A stretch of 64,000 bases of DNA from a bacterium (GTDB lineage: Bacteria > UBA10199 > 2-02-FULL-44-16 > JAAZCA01): positions 288,001 to 352,000 of the forward strand of contig CAXXGI010000001.1 of the NCBI GenBank assembly GCA_963674695.2, read 5' to 3'. The notes under the pieces were generated by a model, which did not search any database, was not told the origin of the DNA, and was given only the letters and a program-made list of their open reading frames with translations. Below, piece after piece: positions 1 through 10,211 of this stretch. The position numbers were made by a program, and so were the translations under genes. Position 1 is the stretch's first letter. Every line of letters starts with the position of its first letter.

Positions 1-85
1 CACGCTCGGAGAGCAAGCCCAGCATCACCTCGGAATCGACGAGATTCTTGGGGCAGCCGAGGGAGATAAAGTGAATATTCATCAT
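1..85 (-). CDS. rimO: Ribosomal protein S12 methylthiotransferase RimO, 5' end (runs off window start)
   Basis: Manual minus-strand translation from ATG at 85 gives MMNIHFISLGCPKNLVDSEVMLGLL, the characteristic RimO N-terminal motif. Not in the ORF track because it is truncated. Confidence 0.9.
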   Translation of the reverse strand, partial: MMNIHFISLGCPKNLVDSEVMLGLLSER

Positions 86-93
86 GATGAGGG

Positions 94-1419
94 TCATGGG
101 ATGAAGCGCATGCTCATGGGTGTGCGGCCATCGGAGCTGAGAGCGCTTCCCGATTGCGCCAACTGCCCGGTGGTCGTGTCATAGGTCATCAATTGAATAT
201 CGCTGGAGGCACCGTTGCCGACGAAGATCGTGGCATTCGTGGAATCGATGGCCATCGCCGTCGGCTGACGCCCGCCGGCATCGAGGGCCAGTCCCGCCGC
301 GCGCGCCAAACCATTGACCGCATCATAGGTGAACGAGACCACATCGTTGCTCGTCTGGTTCCCGACGAAGACGAACTGGTGCGCGGTGTCGATGGCCAGC
401 GGATAAGGCGCGACGCCGCCGGCAGAGATATTGTTGACATTGGTCAACGCACCGGCGGAACCGATGGTAAACAGGACGAGAACATTGGACGTTTCATTCG
501 CGACGATGAGCACGTGCCCGCTGGTGTCGATGGCCAATCCCAACGGCTTGGTCCCACCCGCAGGAGTCGGCGAGGTCGCCACCGCCACGAGCTCGCCATC
601 GGTATTGTAATCGAAGACGGCGATATCGTTGCTGGTCGAATTGGCGACAAAGAGGTGCTGCCGCGTCGGATCGATGGCCAGCGCAAACGGCCCCGTGCCC
701 CCACAGGACACCCCCGTCCCGACCGCCGTGAGCACACCGGCGGTATCATAGCTGAATGCGGTGATCGTGTTGCTGCTGTAATTTGCTACAAACAACAGGT
801 GCTGAACCGTATCGGCCGCGACGGCATTCGGGTTTAAACCGCCGACGCTGAAGGGCGAACCGGTCACACCTGTGAGCGATCCATCGGCCATCTGATAGGC
901 AAAGACAGAGACCGTCGCGCTGCCGCGGTTGGGAACGAAGAGAAGATTATTGGTCGCATCGAAGGCCATCGATCGCGGATAGGTGCCACCGGAGCTCGTC
1001 GGCGAGCTGGAAAACTTCGCGATGGAGGGGGTCTGCCGATCGACGTTGAAGGTGGCGACATCGTTCGAATCGCGGTTGGCCACCACGAGCATGCTCGTAT
1101 AGGTAAAACCGTTCGTCTTCGTTCCAGTCTCGCCGGCGGTGTCGGTGACGACCACATCGACGGCACCGGTCACGTTGCTCGATGCGGGCGTGGAGACCGT
1201 GGCCCGCGTGGCCGAATCGACGCTGACGACCGTGCCCTGCGCTGAACCAAAAGCAACCGTCATGCCCGCCTCAAACCCGCGACCGGCCAGCGTCACCGAT
1301 GTGCCCCCCTGGGTGGAACCGCCGCTGGGATCGATCGAACTGAGCAGAACCGCATCGGTCTGACAATTCACGATCATCGCCGCCATCGCCACCGCTAGAA
1401 TTGCCCCCCACAGACGCAT
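94..1419 (-). CDS. Exported (probable lipo)protein: IPT/TIG domain plus lactonase-family beta-propeller
   Basis: Hydrophobic N-terminus ending in Cys; IPT motif (PSGGSTQGGTSVTLAGRGF); repeated GxxP..(A/I)D...LFVAN..SN blades. Confidence 0.75.
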   Translation of the reverse strand: MRLWGAILAVAMAAMIVNCQTDAVLLSSIDPSGGSTQGGTSVTLAGRGFEAGMTVAFGSAQGTVVSVDSATRATVSTPASSNVTGAVDVVVTDTAGETGTKTNGFTYTSMLVVANRDSNDVATFNVDRQTPSIAKFSSSPTSSGGTYPRSMAFDATNNLLFVPNRGSATVSVFAYQMADGSLTGVTGSPFSVGGLNPNAVAADTVQHLLFVANYSSNTITAFSYDTAGVLTAVGTGVSCGGTGPFALAIDPTRQHLFVANSTSNDIAVFDYNTDGELVAVATSPTPAGGTKPLGLAIDTSGHVLIVANETSNVLVLFTIGSAGALTNVNNISAGGVAPYPLAIDTAHQFVFVGNQTSNDVVSFTYDAVNGLARAAGLALDAGGRQPTAMAIDSTNATIFVGNGASSDIQLMTYDTTTGQLAQSGSALSSDGRTPMSMRFIP

Positions 1420-1544
1420 AGATCCCCCCTCGTTGGATCAGCCATTCTAACGCCGATTCTCCAAAAACCCAAGGACGGAAACACAAAACAACCTATTGTA
1501 AATCATACCGTTCTTTGACAGGGTTCCTGCATCGAGGAGCATCC

Positions 1545-2636
1545 ATGGGATTTACCTGCGGCATCGTCGGCCTCCCCAACGTCGGCAAATCGACCCTCTT
1601 CAACGCCATGACCTCGGCGCACGTCCCGGCCGAGAACTACCCCTTCTGCACCAAGGACCAGAACACCGGCATGGTCGCCGTGCCGGATGAGCGGCTGGTG
1701 CGCCTGGCGGCGATCTTCCAGCCCGAGCGCGTGGTGCCCACGCAGGTGGAGTTCGTCGATATCGCCGGGCTCGTCGAAGGCGCCCACAAGGGGGAGGGAC
1801 TGGGCAACCGGTTTCTCGGGCACATCCGCGAGATGGACGCCATCGCCCAGGTCGTGCGCTGCTTCGACGCGCCGAGCGTCGTGCATCAATACAGTGCGGT
1901 CGACCCGATTCATGACATCGCGATCGTGAATACGGAACTCATGCTTGCGGATATGGAGACACTCGCCAAGCGCATCGCAAAGACGGAACACGCGGGCCGG
2001 ACCGGCAGCAAAGAGGCCCAGAAGGAGTTGGGGTTTCTCGAACCGATCAAGGCAGCGCTCGATGCGGGACGACCTGCAGGCGAGGCCTGGACGGACGAAA
2101 TGCCGCCTGCACTCGCCGACCTCAGGCTTCTCACGGCCAAGCCCATGCTCTATGTCCTCAACGTCAACGAAGACGACGTGCGCCACCCCTCCGATCGCGT
2201 GCGGCATGCGCTCGATCATGCGCAGGACCTGGGGGCACCGGCCATCGAGATCTGCGGTTCCATCGAGGGGGAGCTCATCGACCTCTCCCCCGAGGAACAA
2301 CGCGAGTTCCTCGACGACCTGGGGCTCCATGAGTCGGGGCTTGCGCGCCTGATCCACGCGGGGTATGTCCTGCTCGACCTGATCACGTTCTTTACGACGG
2401 ATGGACCGGAAGTGCGAGCCTGGACAGTGAAACGCGGCACGAAGGCCCCGCAGGCAGCGGGAAAGATCCATACCGATTTCGAACGCGGCTTTATCCGCGC
2501 GGAAGTCTGCTGCTTCGAGGATCTGGATGCAGCCGGATCGGAGACGGCGCTCAAGGAAGCCGGAAAGATTCGCCAGGAAGGACACGACTATGAAGTGCGC
2601 GATGGCGACGTGATTCATTTTCGGTTTAACGTGTAA
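1545..2636 (+). CDS. ychF: Redox-regulated ATPase YchF (Obg family)
   Basis: GIVGLPNVGKST, NYPFCT, DIAGLV, HTDFERGFIRAEV, C-terminal FRFNV; GAGGAG RBS before ATG 1545. Confidence 0.97.
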   Translation: MGFTCGIVGLPNVGKSTLFNAMTSAHVPAENYPFCTKDQNTGMVAVPDERLVRLAAIFQPERVVPTQVEFVDIAGLVEGAHKGEGLGNRFLGHIREMDAIAQVVRCFDAPSVVHQYSAVDPIHDIAIVNTELMLADMETLAKRIAKTEHAGRTGSKEAQKELGFLEPIKAALDAGRPAGEAWTDEMPPALADLRLLTAKPMLYVLNVNEDDVRHPSDRVRHALDHAQDLGAPAIEICGSIEGELIDLSPEEQREFLDDLGLHESGLARLIHAGYVLLDLITFFTTDGPEVRAWTVKRGTKAPQAAGKIHTDFERGFIRAEVCCFEDLDAAGSETALKEAGKIRQEGHDYEVRDGDVIHFRFNV

Positions 2637-2640
2637 ACCC

Positions 2641-2668
2641 GTACGTTGGTACGTTCGTACGTTTGTAC
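2641..2668. repeat. 8-bp tandem repeat GTACGTT(G/C/T) x3.5
   Basis: Seen directly in the ychF to membrane-gene spacer. Confidence 0.7.
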
Positions 2669-2721
2669 AAAACCTGATACAAGAACAAGTTTACGTACCA
2701 TCGAACCATAAGGATCATCTC

Positions 2722-3330
2722 ATGAAACAGCTCATTCCCATCATCCTCTTCGGTGCTATCTGGGGGCTCATCGAGGCCACACTCGGCGGCGTGCTGCACC
2801 TGGTGCGCATCCCCTTTACCGGAACGATCATGGCGAGCTTCGGTTTCGCCGTTCTCTTCGCGGCCCTGCGATCGGGCCTGCGACCGGCGCAACTCCTCTC
2901 TGTGAGCCTCGTGGCGGCATCGTTTAAATTCCTCGATGCACCGCTCTTTCATCTCGCCCTCGTCGATCGGACGATCATCAACCCTGCGCTGGCCATCGCT
3001 TCACAGGGACTCGTTTTCGCGTTCATCGCGCACCGCTGGCCGATGAACGATCGCATCGCCACTCTCGCGCCGCGCATGCTCGCCGCCGCCGCGGGGGGCC
3101 TCGTCCTCTTCAATGGCATCTCATGGAGTCTCGGCTGGTCGACGCATCAGATCGCCGCTCCATGGAACACCGCCCTGGTTCAGCTCCCCCTCATGACGAT
3201 CGGGGCGACGGGGTTGGCGTGGCTGACGCGTCCGATCGAGAGTCACCTCTCATCCTGGTCGCGCCTGCAACAAACAGGAGCAGCGATGGCATGCATCGCG
3301 CTCATCCTCATCAGCCGAGCAATCCTCTAA
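2722..3330 (+). CDS. Multi-pass membrane protein, possibly an ECF S-component-like transporter subunit
   Basis: About 6 hydrophobic segments; WGLIEATLGGVLH..RIPFTG N-terminal motif; adjacent to an NTPase gene. Confidence 0.6.
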   Translation: MKQLIPIILFGAIWGLIEATLGGVLHLVRIPFTGTIMASFGFAVLFAALRSGLRPAQLLSVSLVAASFKFLDAPLFHLALVDRTIINPALAIASQGLVFAFIAHRWPMNDRIATLAPRMLAAAAGGLVLFNGISWSLGWSTHQIAAPWNTALVQLPLMTIGATGLAWLTRPIESHLSSWSRLQQTGAAMACIALILISRAIL

Positions 3331-3357
3331 CAACCACTGCCATCGAAGGAACAGACC

Positions 3358-3879
3358 ATGCACTTCATCCTCTCCGACAACATCGATTCGGGAAAGAGCA
3401 GCTTCTGCCAGGAGCTCATCACACGACTCGTGCGCGATAGCGTCCCGGTCAGCGGCTGGATCACGCCGGCCTTCATGGAGGAGGAGAAAAAAGCGGGGCA
3501 CGACTTCATCGCGATCGAGGATGGACACCTGGAAAAAAAACTTCCGCTGACGCGCACCTACCCCTTTCCCGAATCGTTCCCGTGGAAAAACTGGCATTTT
3601 AACCCTGTCGCCTTCGAGCGGGCAACAAAGCTGCAGGCCGAGCGAGGCCTCTTTATCATGGACGAAATCGGGCCGCTGGAGTTCGAGGATCGAAAGGGGT
3701 TTTTCGAACCGTTCAAACGGGCATTCGCCCAGACGCCATACACGCTAACCGTCGTCCGATCCGGCCTCGAGGGTGCGCTCATCGACCTCTTCCCCCAGGA
3801 GGCCTTTTCACACTTCACGCTGGCAACATGCGATCGCATGGAAAACACGATCCATCAGCGACTTGCCCCACGGCGCTGA
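3358..3879 (+). CDS. THEP1/NTPase_1-like P-loop nucleoside triphosphatase
   Basis: Walker A variant SDNIDSGKS, GWIT, Walker B FIMDEIGPLE. Confidence 0.75.
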   Translation: MHFILSDNIDSGKSSFCQELITRLVRDSVPVSGWITPAFMEEEKKAGHDFIAIEDGHLEKKLPLTRTYPFPESFPWKNWHFNPVAFERATKLQAERGLFIMDEIGPLEFEDRKGFFEPFKRAFAQTPYTLTVVRSGLEGALIDLFPQEAFSHFTLATCDRMENTIHQRLAPRR

Positions 3880-3965
3880 CGCGCAGCGTCATCCGAAATA
3901 CTTGCTTTTCCCCGCACCATTCATGCTAAGTTCCCCCCCACACAAGACCATGAGGCCACGAGACC

Positions 3966-5507
3966 ATGACTCCATTTCCGATCAAGAAAATCGTCTTCAT
4001 CGAACCGCGCTCACCGGGCAACCACGTCTATACGAAGTGGGGCCTGCCCCGGCTGGGTACGCTGACCCTCGGCGCCATTCTCAAACAGGCAGGATTCGAC
4101 GTCACCATCTTCATCGAAGATATCCATGGCATCGACTTCGATGTCGTGCTCGATGCCGACGCCGTGGGCATCTCGACGATCACCTCGACCGCGCCGCGCG
4201 CATTCGAGATGGCGCACCAGATCCGCAAGGCGAACATCCCGGTCTTTACCGGTGGACCACACGTCTCGTTCCTGCCCGATGAAGCACTGGAACACTTCGA
4301 CTACGTCCTGCGCGGCGAGACCGAAGAGACGATCGTTCCGTTCGTGCGCGCCCTGATGACGGGCGGAGATTTCGAAAAGATCGCCGGGCTCTCCTGGAAG
4401 AACGAAACCGGTTCCCACCACAACGAGCTGGCGCCGCACTGTCCGGACCTGGACCGCTACCCCTACCCGGACTTCTCCCTCATCAAGGGATCGAAGAAGT
4501 TCAAGGGGGACCTCTCGATCACGCCCATCATGACCTCGCGCGGCTGCCCCTTCGGCTGCAACTTCTGTTCGGTCACCCGCATGTTCGGACGCGGCTATCG
4601 TTTTCGTTCTGTCGAAAACGTCATGGGCGAACTGCGCGAGAAGAACCCCAAGTGGGTCTTTTTCTACGACGACAATTTTGCGGCAAAACCGGAACACACA
4701 AAAGCACTCCTGCGCCAGATGATCGCTGAGGGCATTCACCCCAAATGGAGCGCACAGGTCCGCATCGACGTCGCCCGCGACCCGGAAATGATGGAGCTGA
4801 TGAAGGCAGCTGGCTGCCACCTCTTCTACATCGGGCTCGAATCGATCAACCCCAAAACCCTCAAGGCGCTGAACAAGGGGCAAACGCCTGAAGAGATCGA
4901 ATCGGCGATCAATACCATCCACAGCTATGGCATCAACATCCACGGCATGTTCATCTTTGGCGCCGATCAGGATGATGCCAAAACCATTCGCCAGACGGTG
5001 CGGTTTGCCAAACGCATCGGGTTGGCGACCGTGCAGTTCATGATCCTGACGCCGCTGCCGGGAACGCCGGTCTTCGAAGAGATGGAGAAGGAGAATCGGC
5101 TTCTGTCTCGCGACTGGGGCTATTACGATGCGCACCACGTCGTCTTCAAACCGAAGAACATGAGCTATCTGCAGCTCCAGAAGAAGACCATCTCAGCGAT
5201 GCTGCGATTCTATTCCTTCGGCCATGCGCTGGGTCGCCTCAACCGCTTCGATCTCTGGACGATGGTGGTGCGCCTCTACGGCTGGCGCATGACGCGTCAG
5301 TCGCGCCGAAACTTGCGCGGTTTCACTAAGCAGCTGGGCGAGCTCTATCGCAATACGGGTGAGCAGATTCACACGGCAAGCCATGACCTGCAGATTCGCG
5401 CGCGCAAGACGACCGACGATATCAAGGAGTATTTCCACTCGATCAACTTCGATCGGATCCGGCAGATCAAGGAGGAGCGAATTCGTCGCTGGCGCGAAAG
5501 CCAGTGA
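3966..5507 (+). CDS. B12-binding radical SAM protein
   Basis: N-terminal B12-binding domain (GGPHVS, GETE), SRGCPFGCNFC, FYDDNF, IGLES, TPLPGTP. Confidence 0.92.
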   Translation: MTPFPIKKIVFIEPRSPGNHVYTKWGLPRLGTLTLGAILKQAGFDVTIFIEDIHGIDFDVVLDADAVGISTITSTAPRAFEMAHQIRKANIPVFTGGPHVSFLPDEALEHFDYVLRGETEETIVPFVRALMTGGDFEKIAGLSWKNETGSHHNELAPHCPDLDRYPYPDFSLIKGSKKFKGDLSITPIMTSRGCPFGCNFCSVTRMFGRGYRFRSVENVMGELREKNPKWVFFYDDNFAAKPEHTKALLRQMIAEGIHPKWSAQVRIDVARDPEMMELMKAAGCHLFYIGLESINPKTLKALNKGQTPEEIESAINTIHSYGINIHGMFIFGADQDDAKTIRQTVRFAKRIGLATVQFMILTPLPGTPVFEEMEKENRLLSRDWGYYDAHHVVFKPKNMSYLQLQKKTISAMLRFYSFGHALGRLNRFDLWTMVVRLYGWRMTRQSRRNLRGFTKQLGELYRNTGEQIHTASHDLQIRARKTTDDIKEYFHSINFDRIRQIKEERIRRWRESQ

Positions 5508-5751
5508 CCGCATGGTCGCATCACTCCCCTCCTGACATTTCTAAAGAGCAACCTCCCCCATCGCAGATCGTCTTGACGCCGATCCGTTCGCACACTATGC
5601 AGTCTGCATGAGGTCACTGCCCCGACGGCTGTCACCTATCCTCGCTTCCGGAAACCGGTTCGTCCTCATATCTCCCTCTTCAGCGCACCTTCTTCATCTC
5701 GCTTCAACACCGGCGGCGACAATGTCGTCCGCCTTCTCATAGGGGATCGCT

Positions 5752-8382
5752 ATGACGACAGTCGCTATGGCCTGTTCCGCAAAACCGCATCCGAAGATCG
5801 ATCCGCGAAACGGCGAGAAAAACACCGCCCTCCCCCAAGAGAGCGCGCCAGAGCAGACGATCTCATGTAAGGGGTTGGCGGGAGCGGCCCAACACTTCTG
5901 TGACATCGAGTCCGGCATTCCCGACGAACACGTGGAGAGCCTCTGGTCCTGCATGGAGTCGGTCTATACGGAAGCCAACCGCCCGATCGAAGATCTCAAC
6001 CGTCTGGCCAACGTTGGCATCACGCGTGACGAAACCGGCTTATCCCGATTGACCAACGACCCAGAACACGTCGAAGACCTGGAAAAAATCGAGCTGGCCT
6101 ATCGCTATCCGGATGTCTTCGGTCGCTGCATCGTTCAGGCGAAGCTTCCGCTGCCCCTGATGATGAACGACTTCGATGATTCGACCAACAAGGATCAGCA
6201 ACTTCGGCAGGAGATTCACAAATCGGTGCGCACGATCATCCAGGGCAAGCAGTCACAGACCCCTGCCGACCGGAAAGCACAGGGCGAATCCATCTTCGAC
6301 TGGGCCAAAGAAACATTCTCCTTCTTCGGCGACTGCGCCATCGAATGCACCGACCTCGAATCCGCACACTACGAACAAGGACGTTGTTCGGAAGCGAGCG
6401 CACGGCTCTTTTTCCCCTATCACGTCGCCGGCCTCGATCCGCGCATCATGTATGTGCGCAATTTCGATCCCGGCCTCGAATGGATCGACATCCTACCACA
6501 GCTGGGGCAGGCGCAGGAGCATGTCCTGATCGGCATTCCATCCGAAGCGACAAAAGGCGCGCCACTCATTCAAGCAGATCTCATCAACGGTCGGTTCGAC
6601 AAACCGTTTGAGGATGCGCACGAAATCTCAAAACGCACCTTCGTCTCGCGCTGGCTCTTCAATCGAGCCCAAGACTTGGGCAGCCACAACCGGATGCTCG
6701 AAAGCGAACAAGCACTGCAGGATGCGCTGACCCTCGATCCCGATAACATCATCATCTGGATGAGCCTGGGCCGCTATTACCATGCGTTCGGACGGCATGC
6801 CGACCGCGACTACGTCTGGGGGTTCATCCAACGAAACCTCGGCAATCATCCGTGGACGCCACTGCTGGGTCCCATGCTCCAAGGCGGACCCAACGCCTCC
6901 ATCGAGGACCCCGAACTGCGAGAGCAGGCCAACGCCAAGATCAGTAAAATGGCTGAGTCTCAACCGGAACTCGCCGCACAGCTGGCCTACATGGGAACAC
7001 GACTGGAAATCCCCCTCCTTCTCGCGACATACCGCAATGCCGTCCAGTCCAAGAACGGGATCGACCCCAAGCTTCAACAACAGCTCCATCAGGGATTCAT
7101 GAATGTCTCCCAGAACCTGGCCTTGATCCTCTCTCTCAACCCGAAGAATATCTTCGCGTACCGCGATCTGATCCAACTCCTCCAGATGAGCGGATCACCG
7201 ACATTGGGTGCGGATGCGTTTGGAAAGCTCACGCGGGATCATCCCGGCCATGCCCCCTTTCTCTATGCCTACGCGCAATTCGCCGCACTGACCTCAAAAG
7301 CGCATGGTGTTTCGCCGGAACAACGTCGACAGATCGTCGATGAAGTGCTGTCGGCATGCGACATCCTCGAGCGCATGGAACCGGATCATCCGGAACCACC
7401 GACATTGCGGGCGAAAATTCTGGCGGCACACAATCGTTTTGCAGAAGCCCTGTCTGCAGTCGAACGAGCCGACGCGCTGCAAAAAAAGCGCGGAGGGCCT
7501 CAAGATACGACCAACGACGAGATCCGCCTCTTCGCCCTCATCTATACCGGAGATGAAGAAACGCTCATCACAACGGCTCGCAATATATTCGCCCGTGCGC
7601 CGCACGCCCCCGCACTCGTGGCACAGCAACTGATGGACAGCTTCTATTGGAGCTATACTCCGGGAGAAGGCAGCCTCATTCGCGATGAGATCCAGCCCGT
7701 GAGAATCGATGGCACGCATCGCAGGCTGATGGAGCGCATCGCAGCCCTGATCATTGAACTGGACCGATTCCCCGAAGCACGTGAATCGGTCGCCCAATTA
7801 CGGGCCTTCATCGCCCCTTATGCACTCATCGTCCTCGGCCGTGAAAAAGGGCACGCATTCATGGCCCCCATTCCGCAGAACCCATCCGACCAGATCGTCG
7901 CGAAGATCGCCCAGTCCACCACGAAGCTCACCGATGAAACCCTGTTCGCATTCAACGCGGCACCGGACCGCACAACCGTCGAGGATCTCGAATGGTATCT
8001 CGATCAAGCAACGACACATCTCGCTGAGCAGCACGACGATCTCCTCAAGAAATCCCGTCAGGGCCTGTGTTGGCTCTGGGTCCTCCACGAAGACATCGAT
8101 GGCGCCAAACGCGCGCTCTCCCATCTCTCCCCACAGAAAACCGCCACCTGTCTGGCGAGCATCGCGAACACGCTGATCCGCAACGGCGGAGAGAGCCGGC
8201 GCAACACCGAGCGACTGGACTTTGCCCTGACACTCATCTGGGAGAGACGCTCGACCTTCACGCGAGAGCAGCTCACCCCGTTCGTCTGGCTCTTCGAACA
8301 GCTCGCCGAACTCAGCCGCAAACACGGTTTGAGCGCAAAGGCGAATCGGGCGGTGCAACGTTCCCGATTGCTCAAACGCTGA
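5752..8382 (+). CDS. Transglutaminase-like (Cys-His-Asp) domain plus TPR-repeat protein
   Basis: GRCSE...EHVLIGI...QADL triad spacing, followed by TPR-like helices (ALTLDPDN, EPDHPE). Confidence 0.6.
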   Translation: MTTVAMACSAKPHPKIDPRNGEKNTALPQESAPEQTISCKGLAGAAQHFCDIESGIPDEHVESLWSCMESVYTEANRPIEDLNRLANVGITRDETGLSRLTNDPEHVEDLEKIELAYRYPDVFGRCIVQAKLPLPLMMNDFDDSTNKDQQLRQEIHKSVRTIIQGKQSQTPADRKAQGESIFDWAKETFSFFGDCAIECTDLESAHYEQGRCSEASARLFFPYHVAGLDPRIMYVRNFDPGLEWIDILPQLGQAQEHVLIGIPSEATKGAPLIQADLINGRFDKPFEDAHEISKRTFVSRWLFNRAQDLGSHNRMLESEQALQDALTLDPDNIIIWMSLGRYYHAFGRHADRDYVWGFIQRNLGNHPWTPLLGPMLQGGPNASIEDPELREQANAKISKMAESQPELAAQLAYMGTRLEIPLLLATYRNAVQSKNGIDPKLQQQLHQGFMNVSQNLALILSLNPKNIFAYRDLIQLLQMSGSPTLGADAFGKLTRDHPGHAPFLYAYAQFAALTSKAHGVSPEQRRQIVDEVLSACDILERMEPDHPEPPTLRAKILAAHNRFAEALSAVERADALQKKRGGPQDTTNDEIRLFALIYTGDEETLITTARNIFARAPHAPALVAQQLMDSFYWSYTPGEGSLIRDEIQPVRIDGTHRRLMERIAALIIELDRFPEARESVAQLRAFIAPYALIVLGREKGHAFMAPIPQNPSDQIVAKIAQSTTKLTDETLFAFNAAPDRTTVEDLEWYLDQATTHLAEQHDDLLKKSRQGLCWLWVLHEDIDGAKRALSHLSPQKTATCLASIANTLIRNGGESRRNTERLDFALTLIWERRSTFTREQLTPFVWLFEQLAELSRKHGLSAKANRAVQRSRLLKR

Positions 8383-8440
8383 TCCGTTTTGAACAGATAT
8401 TTCGTTGTGCTCCCGGGGAAAAATCCCTACAAAAGCCCCC

Positions 8441-9331
8441 GTGCGAAATACCACCAAACAGTTGCTGGCGGTCTGCTCCCTCATCGCCATGACCGTGATC
8501 TGGGGCAGCACCTTCATTCTCGTCAAAGGTATCGTGCGCGAACTCGATGTCTTCTGGTTCAGCTTCCTCCGTTTTGCCGGAGCCTTCGCCCTGCTCGCCC
8601 TCATCTTCAGCCGACGCATCCTGCGCGCCGATCGCGCAACGCTCAAAGCGGGTGTTGCGCTGGGCGGGCTCCTCGCTGCCGGTTTCATCCTGCAGGCCGA
8701 GGGGCTGCGATTCACCTCCGCATCGAACGCAGCCTTCATCACGACCCTCTACATGGTCTTCACGCCATTTCTCGGCCTGCTCTATCCGAGTGCCCGCCCC
8801 TCGCTCTTCTCGCTGATCGGACTGGGCCTGGCCATTCCGGGCGCGATCCTCATCAGCCACTACAGCTACACCGGGGTGAATATCGGCGACCTGATCTCAC
8901 TGGCCTGTGCGGTCGCCTTTGCCTGGCATATCGTCCTCACCGGAGAATTTACCCGGCGTCACTCCCTCGTGCCCCTCATGGGCATTCAGTTTTTCACGGC
9001 CGCGCTGGTCTGCGGCGTGATCGCCCTCATCCGGGGTACGGTGACCTTCGCGATTCCAACATCGGAATGGCCGACCCTCGCCTATCTCTCGATCATCGCC
9101 ACGGGACTGCCCTTCATCATCATGACCGCCGCCCAACGCGTAGTCGACGCCACGCGCGCGGGACTCATCTATACCCTCGAAGCGGTCTTTGCCGCCCTCT
9201 TCGCCTGGTGGCTTGCCGGGGAGACCTTCACTCCCATCGCCTTCGTCGGCGCCAGCCTCATGCTGGGCGGCATGGTCGTCTCGGAGGTCCACCCCATCGC
9301 GCGATATGTCTGGAGCAAAGTGATGGGATAA
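8441..9331 (+). CDS. DMT/EamA family transporter
   Basis: IWGSTF, LRF, AAFIT, NIGD, LEAVFA...GE motifs; about 10 TM segments. Start uncertain (GTG 8441 or TTG 8405). Confidence 0.92.
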   Translation: MRNTTKQLLAVCSLIAMTVIWGSTFILVKGIVRELDVFWFSFLRFAGAFALLALIFSRRILRADRATLKAGVALGGLLAAGFILQAEGLRFTSASNAAFITTLYMVFTPFLGLLYPSARPSLFSLIGLGLAIPGAILISHYSYTGVNIGDLISLACAVAFAWHIVLTGEFTRRHSLVPLMGIQFFTAALVCGVIALIRGTVTFAIPTSEWPTLAYLSIIATGLPFIIMTAAQRVVDATRAGLIYTLEAVFAALFAWWLAGETFTPIAFVGASLMLGGMVVSEVHPIARYVWSKVMG

Positions 9332-9380
9332 GTGCGACTTCCCTTCCTCGTTATCGAAATCCTTTATTTTGCGGGAGCCA

Positions 9381-9617
9381 TCATCTCGACCCTCGGAGTG
9401 CATCGAAGCATTCGGGGAGGAGGTGGTGTGCTGCGCCTTCCCTCCGCCTTTTCCTCGCGAAAAGATCGCTGGGTTCAAAGGCGCGAATTGCGGATCCTCC
9501 GTTGTCGGCTCGCAATTCGCGAACCCAGACGATCTTTTCGTTCGTCATACGGCTCCGGTCAGAGCGTCGCCATGCACACCACCCCCTCCCCGAATGCTTC
9601 GATATCGGTTGGGATGA
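9381..9617. repeat. Nested long inverted-repeat element (rod-like hairpin; MITE or ncRNA)
   Basis: 30-bp arms 9402-9431 / 9574-9603 with 1 mismatch; inner arms about 9458-9476 / 9521-9540 and GCGAATTGCG / CGCAATTCGC. Confidence 0.8.
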
Positions 9618-9712
9618 AATCCATTCCCTGCATCACCGTCCTCCACATAAAGTAATGACGATTTCTGGAAATTCTGCTATGCTGCAAAAAATTCCACATG
9701 GGAGGGGGCCCT

Positions 9713-10138
9713 ATGAATGAACAAGTGATGAATGAACAGATTCAGATGCAAATGCAGCAAGCGGGTGCGGGTCTGGGGATCGGCATGATCATCTTCATCC
9801 TGGTCATGTATGTCTTCTTCGCCTATTGCCTCGCGCGCCTGGCGGTGAAGAGCGGCATGCCGTTCGGCTCGAGCTTCATCTGGGCGATCATCCCGATCGC
9901 CAACGTCTTTTTGATGCTCAAAATCGCCGACAAGCCGATGTGGTGGATCATCCTCATGTTCATCCCGATCGCCAACCTCGTCGTAGCGATCCTCGTCTGG
10001 ATGAGCATCGCCGAGCGCATGGGGCGTCCGCCCTGGTGGGGCGTGGTGATCGGGCTGGTGCCGATCGTCAACATCGTCCTCTTCTTGATGCTCGTCTTCG
10101 AGGCCAAGCGTCCGCCGTATACGCCGACCGCTGCATAA
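9713..10138 (+). CDS. DUF5684-like small membrane protein
   Basis: WAIIPIAN..LKIADKPMWW...IPIAN repeated pattern; GGAGG RBS. Confidence 0.8.
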   Translation: MNEQVMNEQIQMQMQQAGAGLGIGMIIFILVMYVFFAYCLARLAVKSGMPFGSSFIWAIIPIANVFLMLKIADKPMWWIILMFIPIANLVVAILVWMSIAERMGRPPWWGVVIGLVPIVNIVLFLMLVFEAKRPPYTPTAA

Positions 10139-10156
10139 GCAAGACCATCGAAAGAG

Positions 10157-10191
10157 AAAAAAGCCGCGTCCTTCCCGGGCGCGGCTTTTTT
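10157..10191. terminator. Bidirectional intrinsic terminator
   Basis: AAAAAAGCCGCG-loop-CGCGGCTTTTTT between convergent genes. Confidence 0.85.
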
Positions 10192-10211
10192 ATTCGAACC
10201 ATTGTGAACGG

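Noticed and set aside
1503-2618. Long antisense ORFs (e.g. 1503-2618, 4011-5138, 12593-13864, 28848-30359, 43450-45063)
   Set aside because: Shadow frames opposite well-supported genes, expected in high-GC DNA.
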